From Limisalsivibrio acetivorans (GTDB lineage Bacteria; Chrysiogenota; Deferribacteres; Deferribacterales; Geovibrionaceae): a DNA stretch of 64,000 nt. The position numbers and the translations under genes were made by a program. Location: assembly GCF_000421105.1 (NCBI RefSeq), contig NZ_ATWF01000001.1, forward strand, positions 404,930 to 468,929, written 5' to 3'. Each line of letters opens with the position of its first letter. Within the stretch, counting starts at the first letter, position 1. Below, one piece after another: positions 59,153-64,000 of this stretch. Under the pieces are notes generated by a model. It made no database searches, was not told the origin of the DNA, and worked only from the letters and a program-made list of their open reading frames with translations.

Positions 59153-60934
59153 ATGAAGTCACTTAAATACCTTGTAATAATGTTTATATTCCTAGTAAGC
59201 ACTCTGTCCTATTCCGCTGATTATTCAAACGCCTACCCTGCCCTCTGGGAGGACTTCCTAAAAGAAAACCCCCTCTTCGAAAAGCAGGCTGCAGACTACA
59301 ATACAGCATCAAAAATGAAGGAACTTCTCGAACTGGATAAGGAATCGGAGGCTCTTAATCTCTTCGGCGAATATACCGGCGGTGTTCTGATGCAGAGGCT
59401 TGAGGATAAAGGAATCTTCAGGCGTGACAGGCTTATATCCTCTTATATGGAGTTCCGTGAAGCGTCCGCACTGATAACCGGGGATTATTATAAGCCGGAT
59501 ACCGTAAACGGAATCTATCCCCGATACAGGACTCTGCGTAGCAGAGGCGCATCTCACAAAACAGCTTGGAATGCCGTAAGCTACTCCTATAATATGCTTT
59601 ACACCCTCCCCCGCATCCTTGATGAAGTGATATACCCTCTCCATGGGATAACACCCGATGAAGATGATTTCTCCAATGCCACCAAGATAATACTGGACGA
59701 GTGGCCTAAAAAGAAGATATGGATACGGGCCCATAGCCCGGACAAATGGAGTTATGACACAAGACGCTTTATTATTCATGACGGTGGTGATGACCTTGAT
59801 GAAGGATACGAAAGCGTTCTGAATATTGAGCTCACTTACTTGCCCGCTTTCAACGAATATTTTGATGAGCTGATCACCAGCATATATGATCTGAACAATG
59901 AGTACACTGGTAAACCAGGGCATCTCACCCTTTCTGAACTTAAGAAGCTCGAAGGGCGTCTTCGTATGCTTCTGCTGAAGCTGGATAAAAAGGATGTTAT
60001 GTTCGAGATGGGAAAAGAGGCCCAGCGTTATGCAGAGAACATGCTCAAGGCTCGCTATGCCTCACAGGTGCTTCTCAAGGCCACAGATGAGATATACGCC
60101 CTCACCTCTTCTGACATGGACAGGATTAACAAAGACTTCGATGAATACCGCAGGTCATTATCCGATAAACCTGAGGATGTGAGCCTGTACGCATCTGATC
60201 TAACTCTGCAACTGAGGCGTGAACTTAAATCCTCATTTTCAGAGTATCTTATGGCAAAACGTGAGGCTGAGGCAGCGTACACTGAAAAGGAGAAACTGCC
60301 AGCAGAGATTGAGGAGAGACTCACCGCAGCTCATATGGAATACACGAGAATTCTTGCTGAACTTAAAGATCATTTTCAAGCCCAGTCACCCGCCTTAAAT
60401 ACGATGCTCACAAGCTTTGAACGTTATCAGGATACCGAACCAAAACGAGCTCTTGACATGCTAAGTGCCACAGGTATGGAGGAGGTAAAGCTCTACCCGG
60501 GCTCCATGGAGAATGAGAGCGTTGACATAGGAACAATCGAAGGAATACCCTTTAAACTGGTTTTTAGTGAAGGAGCCATAAGGCTAAACGGCGAAACCCC
60601 TGCCGGTGAATATTTGAGTCTTCCCATGGCAAAAGATATGATAGCTATGGAAAATTCTGCGGTTACGGAGCAGAATAGAGGGATGATAATCAAACGCCCC
60701 GAAGGGGTTTATCATATTTACGAAACGATGCGTACTCCATTTCAGGTTCCATCCCTTAAGATATTTGCCGTAAGCCGTATTGGTGGTGATACGAATAAAT
60801 ATGCAGCGATAGGAACCTTTGAGGCAGTGCCCGAAGAGAGCCCTGAAAAGATTGTATACAGCGAGTTCCGGCTGAAAAACGGAAACACAGAGATAGACGG
60901 AGCAGCTCACATGAGGGGGATTAATCTGAAATGA
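59153..60934 (+). CDS. Secreted hypothetical protein (ORF track start 59126; signal peptide starts at ATG 59153, which has a G-rich RBS)
   Basis: 593 aa from 59153; N-terminal signal peptide MKSLKYLVIMFIFLVSTLSYSA; no recognisable domain. Confidence 0.6.
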   Translation: MKSLKYLVIMFIFLVSTLSYSADYSNAYPALWEDFLKENPLFEKQAADYNTASKMKELLELDKESEALNLFGEYTGGVLMQRLEDKGIFRRDRLISSYMEFREASALITGDYYKPDTVNGIYPRYRTLRSRGASHKTAWNAVSYSYNMLYTLPRILDEVIYPLHGITPDEDDFSNATKIILDEWPKKKIWIRAHSPDKWSYDTRRFIIHDGGDDLDEGYESVLNIELTYLPAFNEYFDELITSIYDLNNEYTGKPGHLTLSELKKLEGRLRMLLLKLDKKDVMFEMGKEAQRYAENMLKARYASQVLLKATDEIYALTSSDMDRINKDFDEYRRSLSDKPEDVSLYASDLTLQLRRELKSSFSEYLMAKREAEAAYTEKEKLPAEIEERLTAAHMEYTRILAELKDHFQAQSPALNTMLTSFERYQDTEPKRALDMLSATGMEEVKLYPGSMENESVDIGTIEGIPFKLVFSEGAIRLNGETPAGEYLSLPMAKDMIAMENSAVTEQNRGMIIKRPEGVYHIYETMRTPFQVPSLKIFAVSRIGGDTNKYAAIGTFEAVPEESPEKIVYSEFRLKNGNTEIDGAAHMRGINLK

Positions 60935-61392
60935 CAGAACCTAGAGAGGAAGTAATCAAGCGTATTGAAAGGATATTCCAGGAGAGGATACCTTTCAACG
61001 GACTTCTCGGTTTGGACGTAAATATAAAGAACATACATGAATCGGAGATACGCATTAAGATGCGTGAGGATCTCGTTGGCAACTACGTTATGGGCATACT
61101 CCACGGCGGCGTAATCGCCAGCACGCTGGATGTTATGGGTGGGTTAACCTCTGTTCTCAGCCTGATAGACAAGTTCAGGGACAAGAGCATGGAGGAGCTT
61201 ATGGAGAAGCTGAGCACCTTCGGAACCATTGATCTCAGAATAGATTACCTTCGCCCCGGTAGAGGGAGAGAGTTCATAGCAGCCGGAACGGTTCTGAGAA
61301 CAGGAAACAAGATCTCGGTCACAAGAACACAGCTCCACAACGATGAGGGTCTGCTCATCGCCGTGGGAACCGGAACATATCTTGTGGGTTAA
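60931..61392 (+). CDS. PaaI/YbgC-type hotdog-fold thioesterase
   Basis: 153 aa; GILHGGVIASTLD motif; 4-bp overlap with the upstream gene. Confidence 0.8.
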   Translation: MTEPREEVIKRIERIFQERIPFNGLLGLDVNIKNIHESEIRIKMREDLVGNYVMGILHGGVIASTLDVMGGLTSVLSLIDKFRDKSMEELMEKLSTFGTIDLRIDYLRPGRGREFIAAGTVLRTGNKISVTRTQLHNDEGLLIAVGTGTYLVG

Positions 61393-62300
61393 AGAATAAC
61401 CTCACCCTTGAGATCGGCTATATTTGCAACGCCCTCTTTCTCAAGGTATTCTTCAAGATCATCAATTATTTTCAGCGGTATCTCCGGATCGACAAAGTTC
61501 GCCGTACCGATCTGCACCCCGCTTGCGCCCACAAGGAAGAACTCCGCAACATCACGCCAGTTTATGATTCCGCCGATGCCAACAATGGGGATCGAGACCG
61601 TTTTGTAGACCTCGTGAACCATACGTATCGCCACAGGCTTAATAGCTGGGCCTGATAAACCGCCGGTAACATTTGATATATAGGGTTTTCTTGTATTCAC
61701 GTTTACAGCCATGCCGAGCAGTGTGTTTATAGCGCTGATACCATCCGCACCAGCCTCCTCACAGGCCTTGGCAAAGGGTTTGATATCCGTAACGTTGGGG
61801 CTGAGTTTAACGAGGAGAGGCTTACTCTTTACCACTCTGCGGCACTCGGAAACAACCTTCTCGGTCATCTTCGGATCCGCGCCGAAGGCTATCCCCCCCT
61901 CCTTCACGTTGGGGCATGATATGTTCATCTCGAGCATATCCACATCTTCGTTATCGAGTGCCATAGCTACTTCCACGTACTCATCGATGCTCTTTCCCCA
62001 GAAGTTCACGATTATGTTGGTGTCATATTTCCTAAGCACGGGTAGCTTTTCCGACAGAAACCTGTCCAGTCCAACGTTCTGCAGGCCGATGGCGTTAAGC
62101 ATTCCCGATGTTGTCTCCATAATTCTGGGCATCGGATTTCCCGTAACCTCATGGCGGGAGATCCCTTTAACAGAAATTCCGCCGAGCTTGGAAATATCTA
62201 TGAATTTTGAGTATTCAAGGCCGTAGCCGAAGGTTCCGCTTGCTGTGATTACCGGGTTCTTGAATTCCACTCCGCATATATTTGTCTTCAATCTGCTCAT
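61389..62300 (-). CDS. pyrD: Dihydroorotate dehydrogenase catalytic subunit, class 1B (start probably ATG 62300, not 62363)
   Basis: Canonical N-terminus MSRLKTNICGVEFKNPV; FMN-binding TIM barrel. Confidence 0.9.
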   Translation of the reverse strand: MSRLKTNICGVEFKNPVITASGTFGYGLEYSKFIDISKLGGISVKGISRHEVTGNPMPRIMETTSGMLNAIGLQNVGLDRFLSEKLPVLRKYDTNIIVNFWGKSIDEYVEVAMALDNEDVDMLEMNISCPNVKEGGIAFGADPKMTEKVVSECRRVVKSKPLLVKLSPNVTDIKPFAKACEEAGADGISAINTLLGMAVNVNTRKPYISNVTGGLSGPAIKPVAIRMVHEVYKTVSIPIVGIGGIINWRDVAEFFLVGASGVQIGTANFVDPEIPLKIIDDLEEYLEKEGVANIADLKGEVIL

Positions 62301-62301
62301 A

Positions 62302-63081
62302 TTATTTACCCTGTACCGATTCCCATACAACTTTGGTTCCATCGAAAACGGGGCCTTCAACACAGCACCGTTTCTGCTCTATCCCGCCATCCCCCTTCGT
62401 ATAGATGATACAGCCGAGACAGGCACCCATACCGCAGGCCATCCTTTCCTCCAGGGAAACGTAAGCCGGAACTTCAGCTATTTCGCATATCTCACTGACA
62501 GCCTTAAGCATACCCTTTGGACCGCAGGAGTAGCATACATCGTAATCACCAGCCTTAACAGCCAATGGAGCAGTGACCAGCCCCTTATCACCCTTATCGC
62601 CGTTTTCCGTTGTTATGTACATATTCTCGACATAGGGCTCAAACTCCTCTGTTATAACAATATCCTCTGCTGAGCGTCCTCCGTAGTAGAGGTCTACAGC
62701 AACCCCTGATGATTTGAGCTCCTTTGCAAGCCATAGAAGGGGTGCGATGCCCACACCCCCCGCCACAAGCGCTGCCCTCCCCTCTTTAACGGGCTTGAAG
62801 CCGTTGCCGAGAGGTTCGGAGAAGCCGATCTCGCCCATACAGTCGCAGAGGAGCATGGTTCCCTTCCCCACAATCATATAAAGGAGCCTGAAGCGGTCTC
62901 CCTCGATATCCATAATACCGAGGGGTCTTCGAAGGAGCGGATCGCTCAGGTAGTCCTGCTGGGAGGTTTTTACCATCACAAACTGCCCTACTTCCGCCCT
63001 GCTGGTGAACTTGGATGATTCTATGGTGAGGAGGCCGTACTTGGAGTTCAGCCTCTTATTCTCGATTATTCTTCCTTTCAT
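62302..63081 (-). CDS. pyrK: Dihydroorotate dehydrogenase electron-transfer subunit
   Basis: 259 aa; FAD/NAD domain plus C-terminal 2Fe-2S cysteines (CGMGACLGC). Confidence 0.85.
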   Translation of the reverse strand: MKGRIIENKRLNSKYGLLTIESSKFTSRAEVGQFVMVKTSQQDYLSDPLLRRPLGIMDIEGDRFRLLYMIVGKGTMLLCDCMGEIGFSEPLGNGFKPVKEGRAALVAGGVGIAPLLWLAKELKSSGVAVDLYYGGRSAEDIVITEEFEPYVENMYITTENGDKGDKGLVTAPLAVKAGDYDVCYSCGPKGMLKAVSEICEIAEVPAYVSLEERMACGMGACLGCIIYTKGDGGIEQKRCCVEGPVFDGTKVVWESVQGK

Positions 63082-63082
63082 A

Positions 63083-64000
63083 TCAGCCGCCGTAGTATTC
63101 CTGTATCGGTTTAACGGTCATAGTCCCCTCTTTGAAGCTCTCGATGCCGGTTACGGAGGCCATCGCCGCTTCTGTGGTCGATACGTATGGGATATTGTAG
63201 CTAAGGATAGCTCTGCGGATAGATTCGGTATCCAGTCTGGACTTTTTACCCTCGGGAATGTTGATGCAGAAGCTGATATCTCGGTTCTTGATGGAGTCCA
63301 CGATGTTAGGTCGTCCGTCGCTCACCTTGTTAACCTTCTCCACAGGAACACCATGCTCCTTGAGGTACGCCCATGTACCCTTGGTGGATACGATACTGAA
63401 ACCGAGCTTCACCAGATCCTTCGCCACATCAAGAATATGAGCCTTTGCCGAGTCCTTAACGCTAATGAAAACCTTACCCGACTGCGGTATCCGGTTGCCT
63501 GCAGCTATCTGGGATTTATGGAAGGCCTTTCCGAAATCATTATCTATCCCCATAACCTCGCCGGTGGACTTCATCTCAGGTCCGAGAACAAGGTCCGTTC
63601 CGGGAAATTTTACGAAGGGGAAAACAGCCTCTTTAACGGTGTAGTAATCGGGGATAACCTGCTCTGTGAAGCCGATATCCTTAAGCTTCTCACCCGCCAT
63701 AACCCTTGAGGCTATCTTGGCCAGAGGAACGCCTATGGATTTGCTGACATAAGGGATTGTTCTTGAAGCTCTGGGGTTTACTTCGATGATATAAAGCTCT
63801 TCATCCTTAACTGCGTACTGAACGTTCATAAGACCCACAACGTTCAGCTCCTTTGCTATCCTCTTTGTAGCGGTATCGATCTCTGCCCTCATCTCCGGCG
63901 TGAGCGTTCTTGAGGGTATGGAGCATGCGGAGTCACCGGAGTGTATCCCCGCCTCTTCGATATGCTGCATAATGCCGCCGAGCACAGCTGTTTCGCCGTC
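63083..64000 (-). CDS. carB: Carbamoyl-phosphate synthase large subunit, C-terminal part; the gene continues past the window end
   Basis: Second ATP-grasp C-terminal region and MGS-like domain; ATGA overlap with pyrK. Confidence 0.9.
   Translation of the reverse strand, partial: DGETAVLGGIMQHIEEAGIHSGDSACSIPSRTLTPEMRAEIDTATKRIAKELNVVGLMNVQYAVKDEELYIIEVNPRASRTIPYVSKSIGVPLAKIASRVMAGEKLKDIGFTEQVIPDYYTVKEAVFPFVKFPGTDLVLGPEMKSTGEVMGIDNDFGKAFHKSQIAAGNRIPQSGKVFISVKDSAKAHILDVAKDLVKLGFSIVSTKGTWAYLKEHGVPVEKVNKVSDGRPNIVDSIKNRDISFCINIPEGKKSRLDTESIRRAILSYNIPYVSTTEAAMASVTGIESFKEGTMTVKPIQEYYGG

Overview
This 64 kb window (about 50% GC) reads as a mostly core chromosomal segment of a diderm (Gram-negative-type) bacterium; I cannot assign a taxon from sequence alone. 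It is densely packed with housekeeping genes, listed here in map order.

- 1-12.2 kb: murJ (3' part), dtd, an MBL-fold hydrolase, tsaB, rimI, a DUF465 protein, metK, ahcY, an SthA-like flavoprotein, plsC, folK, a cytidylate-kinase-like protein, hisS and aspS.
- 12.3-22.6 kb: a LysM lipoprotein, a GNAT, a nitroreductase, a rhodanese, a MobB-like protein and a lipoprotein, then two ABC-F ATPases flanking a REC-REC-GGDEF diguanylate cyclase.
- 28.9-39.3 kb: aconitase, an SPFH protein, yicC, gmk, rpoZ, coaBC, a family-4 UDG, a CsgG-like lipoprotein, a C_GCAxxG_C_C protein and a REC-HD-GYP regulator.
- 40.2-42.9 kb: pyrC-pyrB-pyrR.
- 43.7-55.4 kb: a lipoprotein, a GNAT, a TldD/PmbA protein, prfB, alr, mlaE-mlaF with a long MlaD, an MqnA/MqnD-family gene, ptsP, a membrane methyltransferase and a degenerate DAGK-like protein.
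- 61.4-64 kb: pyrD-pyrK-carB.

Non-core content is concentrated in a few places:

- A modular hairpin-rich extragenic repeat family occurs at seven loci (13.2-14.0, 37.3, 39.3-40.0, 43.0-43.4, 55.4-55.7, 56.7-57.4 and 58.6-59.1 kb), partly as tandem arrays with 105, about 224 and about 130 bp periods.
- A ~3.7 kb insertion zone (55.4-59.1 kb) carries a complete IS30-family element and a LysE/RhtB exporter gene bracketed by direct and inverted copies of these repeats.
- A low-GC island (25.7-26.3 kb) drives a Tle1-like DUF2235 lipase in one direction and, in the other, a tandem-fused two-domain alkaline phosphatase gene. That gene is broken by one in-frame TAA and one 1-bp deletion, and has a Pho-box-like site upstream.
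- A roughly 185 nt candidate small RNA lies on the minus strand at 13.99-14.17 kb, with its own promoter and intrinsic terminator.

No CRISPR array, prophage, rRNA or tRNA gene is visible. The most unusual sequence-level signal is the repeat family and its association with operon leaders (pyrR) and with the IS30/LysE insertion zone.
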